Made by a program: the position numbers and the translations under genes
The notes under the pieces: generated by a model
What the model was told of the DNA's origin: nothing
The model's input: the letters and a program-made list of their open reading frames with translations, nothing else
Database searches by the model: none
In this document: piece after piece, positions 1-9,680 of the stretch
Layout: every line of letters begins with the position of its first letter
Numbering within the stretch: position 1 is the stretch's first letter
Virus record (IMG/VR): IMGVR_UViG_3300037882_004081
Span: 1 to 64,000 of that record
Strand: one strand, 5' to 3'
DNA length: 64,000 nucleotides
From: a virus

Positions 1-442
1 CGGCGGGCGCGGGCTGTTCTGGTGCCGGGGCTGGTGCCGGGGCTGGTGCCGGGGCTTGAGCCGTCTCAGACGGATCATAGTCAACTGGCTCGTCCAAACT
101 CCACAGGATCTTGGTAGCCGAGAAGACTTCCTCCGGTACATCCTCGTTGTATCCGATGGTGGCTTCGGGTGCGACCAGCGCCAGACGTACTGGGAGTGGC
201 TTCTGCAACCCACCGAGCGTCGCCACACGGTCTTCTCCTTCTTCTTCGGGTGAGTCGGACATGTGTCTGTCTTGGTAGTTGGTGATGATGTCTCCATCCC
301 CGATACCGAACTGAGACAAAATCTGCTGGTCTAGAAATCTTCCTGTGGGGATTAGGTCGGACTCAACAACGCGAGTTCGGGTCCGGGGAGCGTGGGTTGC
401 TTTCCCATTCAAAAGATCGTTGACCAAATCAGCTGTTTTCAT
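1..442 (-). CDS. Hypothetical protein with Pro/Ala repeat, runs off the window edge (partial)
   Basis: Translated by hand from ATG at 442: MKTADLVNDLLNGK...RVVESDL...QAPAPAPAPAPEQPAPA; no stop before position 1. Confidence 0.75.
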   Translation of the reverse strand, partial: MKTADLVNDLLNGKATHAPRTRTRVVESDLIPTGRFLDQQILSQFGIGDGDIITNYQDRHMSDSPEEEGEDRVATLGGLQKPLPVRLALVAPEATIGYNEDVPEEVFSATKILWSLDEPVDYDPSETAQAPAPAPAPAPAPEQPAPA

Positions 443-466
443 CGTGGATATTTACGCAGAAAGCGG

Positions 467-1228
467 TTAGTCGTAGCGTGGGATGAGTCTTGGTCTCCGG
501 TTCCTCATTTCTTCCGAGACCGTCTTGAGGAGTTCTTCACCTTGCTTGATCAGGTCACCACTGTTGAGCGTGAGAGTAGTGCCACCGGGACCGGGAAGCT
601 GTCCCGAGAACTTGTTGCGGTTGTTGCCCAGTGTAATCATGGCTTTCGCCTTGCACAACTGTGCGAACATGTGGCGGTGGATTTGACGAACTTCATGCAC
701 CCCGGATCGGGCAAGGCTAGTGAACGCGCACGCCGGGTAGCTGACCGGATTATGAATGTGGAGGGTGCTGGTGGATTCTTCCAGGTACCACTGTGGGAGG
801 CGACTAGTCACACGCTGGAACCCGTGGGTCCATTGGAGTGCAAGTTCGATCTCACTGCTGGGTGTTCCACCCGATCCGGAACCACCGCCCGTCATACCAG
901 CCAGATTGGGAACCACGACGCCGAGAAGCTGCGCCATGTAATTGCTGGTGACCCCGTAAATGTTGTGAGGTTGGATAAAGTCCACTCGCCACACTCCCAT
1001 GAAGCCATCAAGGTCCGCAAACGAGTAGGTGGGTGATCCCGCTGGGATCTGCACAGGCCAATTCCTGGGGAACACCTCCGAGTATTTCCAGATGGCTGCT
1101 GATATGGAGTTGTCGAGTGTTTGTGGGTACGCTGGATCTTGGGCTTCGGTGCGCCAGATCAGTCCCGCGAGTTCGCTCTTAAGCCACTCCCGTAGCTGCT
1201 CAATCGTGTAAGTGGGTGGAAGAATCAC
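467..1228 (-). CDS. Neck protein, T4 gp13-like head-tail adaptor
   Basis: C-terminal LGNNRNKFSGQLPGPGGTTLTLNSGDLIKQG resembles the gp13 'KFxGxxLPGGxxLNG' motif. Confidence 0.7.
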   Translation of the reverse strand: MILPPTYTIEQLREWLKSELAGLIWRTEAQDPAYPQTLDNSISAAIWKYSEVFPRNWPVQIPAGSPTYSFADLDGFMGVWRVDFIQPHNIYGVTSNYMAQLLGVVVPNLAGMTGGGSGSGGTPSSEIELALQWTHGFQRVTSRLPQWYLEESTSTLHIHNPVSYPACAFTSLARSGVHEVRQIHRHMFAQLCKAKAMITLGNNRNKFSGQLPGPGGTTLTLNSGDLIKQGEELLKTVSEEMRNRRPRLIPRYD

Positions 1229-1259
1229 CAGTAAACCTAGGCATGGACCTTCGTTTGGT

Positions 1260-1580
1260 TCACCACCGCTGTCCTAGAAACTCGGCGATGGATCGGGCGA
1301 CCTCAAGATCGTCCTCGTCCTGAAAGGCAATGAGTTCCTTGGACTCCCAGTCCCGACCTGCCTTCGTCTTGTATGGGATGCCTCTGGTGGTTCGCCCCTT
1401 GGATGCTATCCCACTGATGCCGCCCCCGCCCCCGCTTCCAACAACTCGCGAGGGAGGCGGTGGATCAACGACCGGTGGGTCTACTGGTGGCTCAACGATC
1501 GGTACGGCAAACCGGGTAATACCCGCCAGTACGACCGAACCCAAATACGCCCCTCTACCGAGACCACGAAGGACGATCAT
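1260..1580 (-). CDS. Hypothetical Pro/Gly-rich protein, possibly virion-associated
   Basis: ATGA overlap with upstream gene; lies in a structural cluster. Confidence 0.6.
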   Translation of the reverse strand: MIVLRGLGRGAYLGSVVLAGITRFAVPIVEPPVDPPVVDPPPPSRVVGSGGGGGISGIASKGRTTRGIPYKTKAGRDWESKELIAFQDEDDLEVARSIAEFLGQRW

Positions 1581-2146
1581 TGGAACCGATCCCTCCGGTC
1601 AGAGCCCCTCGCCCGGTAAGGCTGTGTACCAGCGACATCTTCGAAAATCGGTGCCACGTAGAGCGGGGTTACATCGTCGTCCGCATAGAGTGTTGCCTGC
1701 CCGGTGTTTGGATCGGACACCATTTTGTTGCGGAGAAGCCTCATGATCGTCATGACCTCATTGGTCAGGTCTGGACCCGCCCCAGTAGAGACCGCAATGA
1801 GACCAGCCGAATTGCCAATGATGAGGGATACTTGATTGGCAACCTTTACATCGGCCAAGTTGTGGTTGGCTCCAACGCACACGACCGTGTATTGACCGTC
1901 TTCAAATTCTACCGTGTACCCGTTGATGATTTCAACGGCTCGTGCGTACGTGACGCCAGACAGGGTAAGCTCAGTATTGTGTCGGTGGGTGTCCAAGAAC
2001 ACGATACCCTCAGTTCCGTCTTCAATACCCTTCAGGGATAGGCGCAACCAGTTAACATCCAGTTCGTACGAAGAACCAGAGAGGTAAGTCAGGTCCGTTT
2101 TGGGGACCAGTATGACCTTGTTAGTCCAGTTGATCGAAATAGCCAT
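1577..2146 (-). CDS. Putative virion structural protein
   Basis: Beta-rich composition; start re-assigned to MAISINW directly after the upstream stop. Confidence 0.65.
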   Translation of the reverse strand: MAISINWTNKVILVPKTDLTYLSGSSYELDVNWLRLSLKGIEDGTEGIVFLDTHRHNTELTLSGVTYARAVEIINGYTVEFEDGQYTVVCVGANHNLADVKVANQVSLIIGNSAGLIAVSTGAGPDLTNEVMTIMRLLRNKMVSDPNTGQATLYADDDVTPLYVAPIFEDVAGTQPYRARGSDRRDRFQ

Positions 2147-2147
2147 A

Positions 2148-3563
2148 TCATAAGTCCGCAATCTGAGAAACTGGAATGCTGATTCCGGAAGTAGTCAGAT
2201 TGAATTCCACTTCGTAAGATTTGTAGAACGGGGCGGATGATGCCTTCCTGACCCTTAGTCTGAGATTTAGCGGGACATCGTCCAGGTCGTACACAAACGA
2301 ACCTGTACCATCTGCGGTGAGGCCCGTCGCGACAAGTGAATCGTCACTCACGCGTTCAATACGCCACCTGCTCCCCACCACCATCCCGGAAATATTGATC
2401 GTTGGGATCTGGATGGGTTCCAGATCGAACGTCATAGCAAATTCAAAACTGGACCACCCGCTGCACCCCACCGCCGCAGTAGCCCCGGCAGCAGTTTCAG
2501 CAGCACTGACCAGTGCTATCCCCTCTCCCTCTCGCAGTACGATCCCGGCTTTTCTGGCTAGCATGTCAGTCATCTGCTGACCGACACCGAACACATCCGG
2601 CATGAAGGTCGGACGATTCCGCACCATTTCTGGGAACATGGTGCGATACACCGGACCAAGAAAGTCCTTCGTCTTCAGATAGTTGAACCCCTTTGGGGAT
2701 CCACCAGATGCATCGGAGAAGGCGTTTTCCGGCATCGCGTATGGGAACATTGGGCAGTCCGCCTGAATATCCACGAACGTTGCGGGATCAGCATAATCGG
2801 TATCCATTCTGACTGCTGTCAACCTCTGTGAGACAGTGGCATCAATCAGACCACCGCTAGGGACCAATTGAAGGTACGGGGAATCGTATGTGCCAACCTC
2901 TTCCACCGCCACATCCAGGAGCCTCACCGTCTCGCCGGAACCAGCAGCGTTGTCGATCGCAAAGATAGCGACATCTTGGACGATCGCACTCGTGAAAAAA
3001 GTGGTCGTCCACACCCGGTTCGGGGTGCCAACCCGAATGAGGGTTGCTGTTACCCTCAGCGGCACAGAGTTGTTGAACGTGGAGGCATAAATCGCGACCC
3101 CCTCACCCGCTCGTATCACCACACTTTCTACAATTGAGTCCTTCCTTGGTTTAGCGTAAGCGTTACCGAACCTCCGGGGAGTTTGGCGACCCATCCACGA
3201 TAGGGACGCTTGGTTCATCTGCTTAAGAATGGCAATCCTGCGAATGAACGTTGGAGATGCCACCGCCGCCTGTTTCACCACTGATACTGTGGTCGGCCAT
3301 GAACTCGCGTCGGTGTCCATGGGGTCCAGCGATAATGGATCGCCACCACTTACCGTTGCTCTCCCGAGCGTGAGGTAAGTGGCAGAAGCAGCGCTTACCG
3401 TACCGGCGGTGGCAGTGGAGGTAGAGGTAAGCGAGTTCACCTCCAGTGAACGAATCGTCACCTTCTTGCCACTGGAATTCTTATTAACCAGCGCAAGGAG
3501 TGCGTTCCCGGAGTTGCTTTGCCATGACAACTCCCCGCTGACCCGGTATTGCTGGCGAGCCAT
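2148..3563 (-). CDS. Putative virion appendage protein with two copies of a beta-sandwich-like domain
   Basis: Internal repeats VVIRAGEGVAI / IVLREGEGIAL; paralogous to 3567-4094. Confidence 0.65.
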   Translation of the reverse strand: MARQQYRVSGELSWQSNSGNALLALVNKNSSGKKVTIRSLEVNSLTSTSTATAGTVSAASATYLTLGRATVSGGDPLSLDPMDTDASSWPTTVSVVKQAAVASPTFIRRIAILKQMNQASLSWMGRQTPRRFGNAYAKPRKDSIVESVVIRAGEGVAIYASTFNNSVPLRVTATLIRVGTPNRVWTTTFFTSAIVQDVAIFAIDNAAGSGETVRLLDVAVEEVGTYDSPYLQLVPSGGLIDATVSQRLTAVRMDTDYADPATFVDIQADCPMFPYAMPENAFSDASGGSPKGFNYLKTKDFLGPVYRTMFPEMVRNRPTFMPDVFGVGQQMTDMLARKAGIVLREGEGIALVSAAETAAGATAAVGCSGWSSFEFAMTFDLEPIQIPTINISGMVVGSRWRIERVSDDSLVATGLTADGTGSFVYDLDDVPLNLRLRVRKASSAPFYKSYEVEFNLTTSGISIPVSQIADL

Positions 3564-3566
3564 CGA

Positions 3567-4094
3567 TTAAGTGTTGGCGAGAGTATATTCGATAAAAACA
3601 TCGACCACACCCACGGCGGACGAGCCAGAATGGCGAATGTCCACTCCCTGACCTTCCCGCAAGACCAAAGGCTCGATATCGGTGTCCCCGGTAGCAGCGT
3701 CCCACACACAATTTAGTGGAACCAAACATTCGAACTCGTCACTGGTTCCCGCAGAGGCAGCTGGTTCGTCGTTCGACCATACCCAGTTCCTCAAAGCATC
3801 AGTGGCGGCGGATGTCACCGTAGCACCGTGTGCCACCAGAACCTGTGCCGGGGCTGTTTCGGAAGCAGTGTCATGTTTGACCGGGGTAATGCTCGTGCCC
3901 GCTGACTGGGCGGTGCTGCGGCGCATGCTGAACGTTGTGAGCACGCCGGTGACGCCAGCGGTCTGGTTGTTGAGAATCCAGACGCGCTTGACTCGAATGA
4001 TACGTCCGGAACTAGCACCATTGAAGATGCCAGCCATTGACTTGTTGTTTCCGAAGGCAACCCCGAGGAAAGAGGCAGTGTATGTTTGGGCCAT
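3567..4094 (-). CDS. Putative virion appendage protein, single-domain paralog of 2148-3563
   Basis: IFNGASSGRIIRV...LVLREGQGV motifs shared with 2148-3563; Ala/Thr/Ser-rich. Confidence 0.65.
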   Translation of the reverse strand: MAQTYTASFLGVAFGNNKSMAGIFNGASSGRIIRVKRVWILNNQTAGVTGVLTTFSMRRSTAQSAGTSITPVKHDTASETAPAQVLVAHGATVTSAATDALRNWVWSNDEPAASAGTSDEFECLVPLNCVWDAATGDTDIEPLVLREGQGVDIRHSGSSAVGVVDVFIEYTLANT

Positions 4095-4113
4095 AAGGGT
4101 GAATCAGTGTAGG

Positions 4114-5763
4114 TTATGCGTCCGAGGTGCGGACCGCCGTGGCAGAACCCCCGGCGCTCCCAAGAGTACCAGGAGACTCGAAGGTTTTAATGGGAGTGAC
4201 GCCACCATCCCGGACCCGGATGAACAAGGAACGATCGCCCGAATAAACCGCCGTAAACGACTCAGAAGTCGATGTGGCCAGTTTATCGATGTACGAAATG
4301 AACACGTTTGCTCCATTGGCGGCGTTGTTCCCAGAAAAATTGTGGGAAGCGATCGTAAACGTGGAACCACTCCAAGCGCTGTACACATGTCGGGAATAAG
4401 CCCCGTTCGTCCTTAGGATTCGAATGGTGCCGGTACTCGGGGTATCCAGCGGGATGGAGCCCACGACCACCACGGAGGTGACTGCAGCGCCCGTCAACGC
4501 CCCGTCGAGGGTCATTTGATCGGTGTCGAGCAGACCACCATCCTCTGGACCAATCAGCACGTAGTCTTCACCACTCACGATACCACCGAGTGTAAAGGTA
4601 ACGTAGTTCGGTGCCTGATAAAGCGTGTTGGTGAGGTCGAACACCTTGTCGACCGACGACAGATCGGTCGCTTCCACGCCGAAACCATAGGCACCAACGA
4701 GGGAGGTGCCAGTGGAGGCTCCGCAGCATGGGGTTGAGACTGTCCTCTCGGTTACCGTCACGTTGACCTGACAAGTCGCCGTGGACGCGCCCGTAATTAA
4801 TTGGTTGTCGGTCGGTGCTACCCCGGTCAAGAGCTGAATCCACATCTTCGTGGCAGCGGTGGGGCTGTTGATGGCCAACAGTTGACCTGTACCGCCGCTC
4901 CACGACACCGCTTCGAAGGCAGAGAACGTGCCAGTTGGGCTGTCCACCGTGATTTCGTGAGTGATGCCCCTGAATAGCTGCCCAGCCAACCCAAAAAGGG
5001 TGGTGGTCTCACCGCGCCTCGTCAGGTACTTCAACCGCTCGTAGAACTGGTTTATGGTCGCAGTTCCACGGTTCCATTCGGAGTAGAAGAACTCGTCCGC
5101 CCCGTTGTTGTTGACGTCAATCCCGTTGTACCCGGCTGAAGTCAAGGAAACTGTGGTGAATGGGGAAGACGTAAGTGAACCAATAATGGTTTGGTTGTTC
5201 AGGTCGTCGGCCCAACCGGTGAACGCCATAACGTTGACGCCTCGCGCCGTACCGTTGATTTTGAACTCCAGGAACGCCTTTCCCCACTCCCGCGTTGTAC
5301 CAAGCAAGCGGCGACCGTCAATGTCGGCCCCACCCGTCCTGACCTTGGTCATGAACTGGTGGCTAATACCATTCGGTGCATCCGCGTTGAGACCAGTGGT
5401 CCAAAAATTGGGGGTGATCAGAGCACCATTTTGGATAATCTCTAGGCGCATCCCGGACGGTGCGAGGACCTGAATACCGTCGTAGATCACGTTGCCGGAG
5501 TCCTGAATGATCGATCCACCGTACAGGTGTTGTGCGGCGGTGTCATCAATGTTGAAACCGTTGATCAGGTTAATGATGGTGTCGAAGCTCTTGTCGGATG
5601 GCGTTTCCTTATCGATCGCCATCATGTCGTCACCACTGGATGACGGGTCATCCGCCAAGTCCTGCAGCCACCGGTGAAGTTCCAACACGGTATAGTTGGT
5701 GGTCGTCCCCGTGTACCGGATATCCTTGTCGGCTTGGATTTCGAAGTCCGTTGAAATTGGCAT
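4114..5763 (-). CDS. Putative virion structural protein, 549 aa
   Basis: Thr/Gly/Ser-rich beta-structured protein heading a structural operon. Confidence 0.7.
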   Translation of the reverse strand: MPISTDFEIQADKDIRYTGTTTNYTVLELHRWLQDLADDPSSSGDDMMAIDKETPSDKSFDTIINLINGFNIDDTAAQHLYGGSIIQDSGNVIYDGIQVLAPSGMRLEIIQNGALITPNFWTTGLNADAPNGISHQFMTKVRTGGADIDGRRLLGTTREWGKAFLEFKINGTARGVNVMAFTGWADDLNNQTIIGSLTSSPFTTVSLTSAGYNGIDVNNNGADEFFYSEWNRGTATINQFYERLKYLTRRGETTTLFGLAGQLFRGITHEITVDSPTGTFSAFEAVSWSGGTGQLLAINSPTAATKMWIQLLTGVAPTDNQLITGASTATCQVNVTVTERTVSTPCCGASTGTSLVGAYGFGVEATDLSSVDKVFDLTNTLYQAPNYVTFTLGGIVSGEDYVLIGPEDGGLLDTDQMTLDGALTGAAVTSVVVVGSIPLDTPSTGTIRILRTNGAYSRHVYSAWSGSTFTIASHNFSGNNAANGANVFISYIDKLATSTSESFTAVYSGDRSLFIRVRDGGVTPIKTFESPGTLGSAGGSATAVRTSDA

Positions 5764-5819
5764 GGTGAGATGAGATTCTTGTTTCTACTGTTGAGGCTGC
5801 TGTCTGCGATACTTACCAA

Positions 5820-6368
5820 CTACTTCCACTCCAGTGCGGAGGCGAGTATCTCAGTGGTGTGTCCGTATTCGTCTTTGGTAATTTCGAAACTCCACTTTGT
5901 GATGATCATGGTGGGTTCAACCGAAGCTTCCAAGAGGACCGGAGGTACCTTGATAGCCGCTGGTGCGGGTGCTGTCTTTGGTTTGCTCTTCGTCTTAGCC
6001 CTGGTGATCTTCTTGGCGACTTTGGAACCAGCAGCGGCTTCCCAGAATGTAGCGCCCCTCTTGGAAGCTGGCGATTTCTTGGCGGGTGCCTTTGCCGCGA
6101 CAGAGGCTGGGGGTGCGGTCGCTGATGGCGCTGGGGGAACCACCAGCGCTTGTTTTTTACCACCAGCCACCATTTCCCAAAACCCCCCACGCACAGAAGA
6201 GCGTGATGGACTCTGGCGGACAGGCGACTCCGTCACTTGCGGAGGTGGCGGAGGCGGTGGCGGGGGGGGTGGCGGTGGCGGTGGCGGAGTACGTGTGACA
6301 GGACCTCTTCTACCCCCAGCCGCGATATCCCAAAAACCGCTATCCGTGCGACTTTTGGGATCCCTCAT
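5820..6368 (-). CDS. Low-complexity protein with a poly-Pro run and three FW(D/E)xxAG repeats
   Basis: GFWDIAAGG, GFWEMVAGG, TFWEAAAGS; about 15 consecutive Pro; Lys/Ala-rich linkers. Confidence 0.65.
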   Translation of the reverse strand: MRDPKSRTDSGFWDIAAGGRRGPVTRTPPPPPPPPPPPPPPPPQVTESPVRQSPSRSSVRGGFWEMVAGGKKQALVVPPAPSATAPPASVAAKAPAKKSPASKRGATFWEAAAGSKVAKKITRAKTKSKPKTAPAPAAIKVPPVLLEASVEPTMIITKWSFEITKDEYGHTTEILASALEWK

Positions 6369-6391
6369 GATTACAGCCTTTGGTAAGTTGT

Positions 6392-7117
6392 TTAAGCACT
6401 TTGTTTTACACCGTTGTGGTACGCACTGATCGCGGACTTCAGCGTCTTACGGACCTGCCCGTACCGGTGAGTAGAACACCAGTACCACGTTTGGCCTTTG
6501 ATTTTGGATTTGCGGACCGCTGGAGTCGCCTCTCCGTTTTTCCCGTGGTGCCAAGTTGCCCCAGCCTTCATAACCTCCCGACGCTCTTCGTCGGTGAGCT
6601 TCACCGTGTGGTCCTTGAGGGTGCTGATTTCCGGTGACTCGGTTAACCCGTCGTGCCGGTAGTCACCAACCAGCACCCAGCTATCCGGATCGCCGTACAG
6701 GCGCTTGATTTCCTCCGCGTCATCTTTTAGGTGAAGCGTGGTGGCGTCGCGGGTGCCGTCCACGTGTTTGGCCCAGTAGTCCACCAGCCACTCGCCGATC
6801 ACCGAGAAATCATGGCCACCCGAAAAAGCGCCAATTCTCTCATCGCGGGGGTTATCGACCGCATATCCGAATACCGCCCCATTGTGTTTGGAAGCGAGGA
6901 TGCGGGCGGAGTTGGTACACTGAGTGCAAGAAATCCTGTGCCACTCTTCTGGCCTGTACTGCTTGACTTTGTCATTCGCCAGTACCTTGGGATCGTGGTG
7001 ATCCCAATATGAAAAGCCCTCGTCGTCATCGTACCGCTCCAGTGGAAGCAACGCATCGGCTTCCGCCTCCAGTTCGTCTCGTGTGATGGCTTCGGTGATG
7101 TACTGAGCAAGTGGCAC
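6392..7117 (-). CDS. Hypothetical protein with possible Cys-His-Asp (transglutaminase/papain-like) domain
   Basis: QCTNSA...GGHDF...WLVDYW triad-like order; second small domain after GLTES. Confidence 0.5.
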   Translation of the reverse strand: MPLAQYITEAITRDELEAEADALLPLERYDDDEGFSYWDHHDPKVLANDKVKQYRPEEWHRISCTQCTNSARILASKHNGAVFGYAVDNPRDERIGAFSGGHDFSVIGEWLVDYWAKHVDGTRDATTLHLKDDAEEIKRLYGDPDSWVLVGDYRHDGLTESPEISTLKDHTVKLTDEERREVMKAGATWHHGKNGEATPAVRKSKIKGQTWYWCSTHRYGQVRKTLKSAISAYHNGVKQSA

Positions 7118-7125
7118 AGCGAAAC

Positions 7126-7653
7126 CTACAGATTGACGTAGTCTTCCTTCTGTTTCGACAGGACATTACCAACCGCATGGACGGGTGCACCGATGATAAA
7201 GACGGTAGTGCTGACCACGACCGCAACTGGACCAACCACTGGCCAATGCCCCATCCCACCACCGATGATAGCACTGGTGTTTCCAATGTTCCTACCAACC
7301 CTTTGGCCAACATTCCTGTCTTGGCTTGCGCACGAACACATCGCCAGTAGGCACGATATGACCGGCATGCATCCGGCCATCTCCTTGATCCGTGCCGAGA
7401 ATGTCGGGCTGACGGAAACACAATGGCGTCTATCCCATTCTTCCCTGCCGATCGACTCCAGGTAAGCCTTACCACGTTGCCCATGAGATTCCTTGCACTC
7501 ACCCGACACCCTACCGGAGCCGTCTCTTGCCACCGTCCTGCACCGATATCCACGTTTCGACTTGCACACCGGGCAGTCGACGGACTGGACGGCGGCGGTA
7601 AGAGCCCATCCGGAAATTGGCTCAAGCGGGATGGGGACTCCGTGGCGTTTCAT
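7126..7653 (-). CDS. Zinc-finger protein with in-frame lipoprotein/glycine-zipper-like C-terminal half
   Basis: CPVCxxxxGxxC...H motif, then VISCLLAMCSC and a Gly-rich hydrophobic stretch. Confidence 0.5.
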   Translation of the reverse strand: MKRHGVPIPLEPISGWALTAAVQSVDCPVCKSKRGYRCRTVARDGSGRVSGECKESHGQRGKAYLESIGREEWDRRHCVSVSPTFSARIKEMAGCMPVISCLLAMCSCASQDRNVGQRVGRNIGNTSAIIGGGMGHWPVVGPVAVVVSTTVFIIGAPVHAVGNVLSKQKEDYVNL

Positions 7654-8552
7654 ACTACTTCGGGAATGCGTAAGGCTTCAAGGAACTGATCGGCGCGCAT
7701 CTTGAATCCGCATGCGCCAGCATGCCCGCCCCCACCGTACTTGGTTGCAATCACCGATAGGTCGTGCGGACTGTCGATGCCACCATACAGGGAAACCTGC
7801 ACAGCTGGCGTCACTCCGGGTTTCAACGAATACACGAGCATTGCGTCATGTTTGGCGCGATCGAACACCGTGTCGAAGATGTGCGAACCCTTGCCAGCGG
7901 TGTTCATCGCGATAAAGGTGAGCCCTTCGAACTTCACCACATGAGCCTTCGTGGCTTCACGACGCGACACGGCGGTCCGGTAGGCGAGCAATAGCTGACC
8001 AGCTTTGATGATGTCTTCGAGACCCGCTTCGGTGAGGTTGAACGTGCGGAGCCAGTTTTCCTCAGATCCTTCGGCATTGGGTTCAGTCCAAGGCAAGGTC
8101 TCGTAGAACAGTTGCACTGGCAAAGAGCGAGGGTTGGAGTGGTCGAACACGTCGTGGCGACCAAGGTGGTGCACAACCGGTGGTGATTCAGTACCGAAGA
8201 AGAACTCCCACGCCAGTTCGCATGCCGAGAACCCCTCGCGGCACAGCCCCATGGTGCCGAACTCGTGCTTGGCAGCTTCCCGGATGGCGCTCCGGTGGTG
8301 ATCGATCCACGTCATTGTGCGACACCGGGCCTTGGCGTCCAGCATGATCGGGAACGGCTCGAAACAAAAATCCGTCACGTAAAGGTCGTCCTCAGGACCG
8401 AGATTCTTGACCCAACTGAAGTCCTGTCCGTACTCCACGCCCACCATGCGAATCTCGCTGGTTGGCACGCCGGAAATGCGGAGCGCATGGCGTGTGATGG
8501 CACCCGAGCAAAAACCGTCCAGGTCCCCGGAGTGGTGTGCAATGATCTTCAT
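7650..8552 (-). CDS. DHH-family phosphoesterase with DHHA1 domain
   Basis: HHSGDLDG, VTDF, WIDHH and YGGGGHAGACGF motifs. Confidence 0.92.
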   Translation of the reverse strand: MKIIAHHSGDLDGFCSGAITRHALRISGVPTSEIRMVGVEYGQDFSWVKNLGPEDDLYVTDFCFEPFPIMLDAKARCRTMTWIDHHRSAIREAAKHEFGTMGLCREGFSACELAWEFFFGTESPPVVHHLGRHDVFDHSNPRSLPVQLFYETLPWTEPNAEGSEENWLRTFNLTEAGLEDIIKAGQLLLAYRTAVSRREATKAHVVKFEGLTFIAMNTAGKGSHIFDTVFDRAKHDAMLVYSLKPGVTPAVQVSLYGGIDSPHDLSVIATKYGGGGHAGACGFKMRADQFLEALRIPEVV

Positions 8553-8833
8553 GAGGAATAGTTAACCGGCTCGACCCCCACCTGAACCGGTTCATGCCTG
8601 ATGATGACGGTCCGACCATGCGAAGTCTGGATGGTCTCGCACACCTGCCTGAGTTCACAGCGCGGACGGTACCCGACGCGCAGCATATGAGCTAGCCGAT
8701 ACTGGCGCTTGAGCCGCACGTGCTGATTGCGGTTCTGAATACGTTGCCAGAGGACCCCATCCACGTGGTCTACACGGGGAGGCATCGGAAACTCAGTGAA
8801 ACACTGGACAAAGGTGGAAGTCTTGTCGGTCAT
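8549..8833 (-). CDS. Hypothetical protein
   Basis: ATGA-coupled to both neighbours; start re-assigned to MTDKT. Confidence 0.55.
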   Translation of the reverse strand: MTDKTSTFVQCFTEFPMPPRVDHVDGVLWQRIQNRNQHVRLKRQYRLAHMLRVGYRPRCELRQVCETIQTSHGRTVIIRHEPVQVGVEPVNYSS

Positions 8834-9069
8834 GACTTGGTTCTTGGTTTGGGTGCTGAATATTCGATCCACACCTTCACGGCTCTATCGCCCATCTTCA
8901 TGCAGTCCTTCCACGTCATTCCAAGGTCGGACTCATGACGCTGGATCGAGCCCCTTCTGGTGTCGGCATTGCTAGCTTGATATAGGTCGTTGTCGTGGGA
9001 AACGATCGCCCATGTGGACTTACCATATCCGTTCGCCCACCCCCCATGTAGTCTGACTGGTTTATTCAT
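8830..9069 (-). CDS. Hypothetical protein
   Basis: ATGA-coupled within an early operon. Confidence 0.6.
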   Translation of the reverse strand: MNKPVRLHGGWANGYGKSTWAIVSHDNDLYQASNADTRRGSIQRHESDLGMTWKDCMKMGDRAVKVWIEYSAPKPRTKS

Positions 9070-9641
9070 GCGATGTTGCGACGGGTCGGGAACTGGTTAA
9101 AAAGCTTCCCGTAGATAGAACGATTCATGATGACAGAGGTTGTCCACGAAGCTCGCGAACCACTGTCCATTACCACTTCGATCGTGCTGCGGCTCCACGG
9201 GCTGGCTCCGCCCGAGTAGGTGACGGTGACGGCTTCCTTGATGCCAGCTTCCGTGATCTTAGCAACCAGCTTCCTACAGTAGGACTCGAAGGTCGCCTTG
9301 GCCTCTTCCTTGGCCATCCTGTCGATCTTGGCGCTGGGGTCCGGGATGACGACGACGTCGGGAGCGGAGTCGAAGACGAAGCGCCTCACCGTGGGGTCCG
9401 CTGGGGTCGTCCAAGCACGGACCCAATTGTACTTGGCCATAGTCACCTTGTACACAACCCTCGACATAGTGCTCTTCGGGTACGGGGCGTAACGCTCGCG
9501 GTCCCATCCACATGCCTCCAATTCGGTCCTCAGCTTGAGCACTGCTCCTTCCAGGCTCTTTTTGCTGTTCTGGTAGATCGCATCCTTGATCGGGGCGACC
9601 GCTGCTTCCACCAAATCCCGGACTGGTTTGATTTCGTTCAT
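9066..9641 (-). CDS. Hypothetical phage protein, early and leaderless
   Basis: Strong codon bias; ATG lies 5 nt after TATAAT. Confidence 0.75.
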   Translation of the reverse strand: MNEIKPVRDLVEAAVAPIKDAIYQNSKKSLEGAVLKLRTELEACGWDRERYAPYPKSTMSRVVYKVTMAKYNWVRAWTTPADPTVRRFVFDSAPDVVVIPDPSAKIDRMAKEEAKATFESYCRKLVAKITEAGIKEAVTVTYSGGASPWSRSTIEVVMDSGSRASWTTSVIMNRSIYGKLFNQFPTRRNIA

Positions 9642-9646
9642 CCCGT

Positions 9647-9675
9647 ATTATAACACGGGGAACGACTTTTGTCAA
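9647..9675 (-). promoter_or_regulatory. Sigma70-type early promoter
   Basis: TTGACA-17 nt (ending CGTGT)-TATAAT. Confidence 0.9.
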
Positions 9676-9680
9676 GTAGG

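Noticed and set aside
17-56. 12-nt tandem repeat CTGGTGCCGGGG
   Set aside because: Encodes the Ala-Pro linker of the partial CDS.
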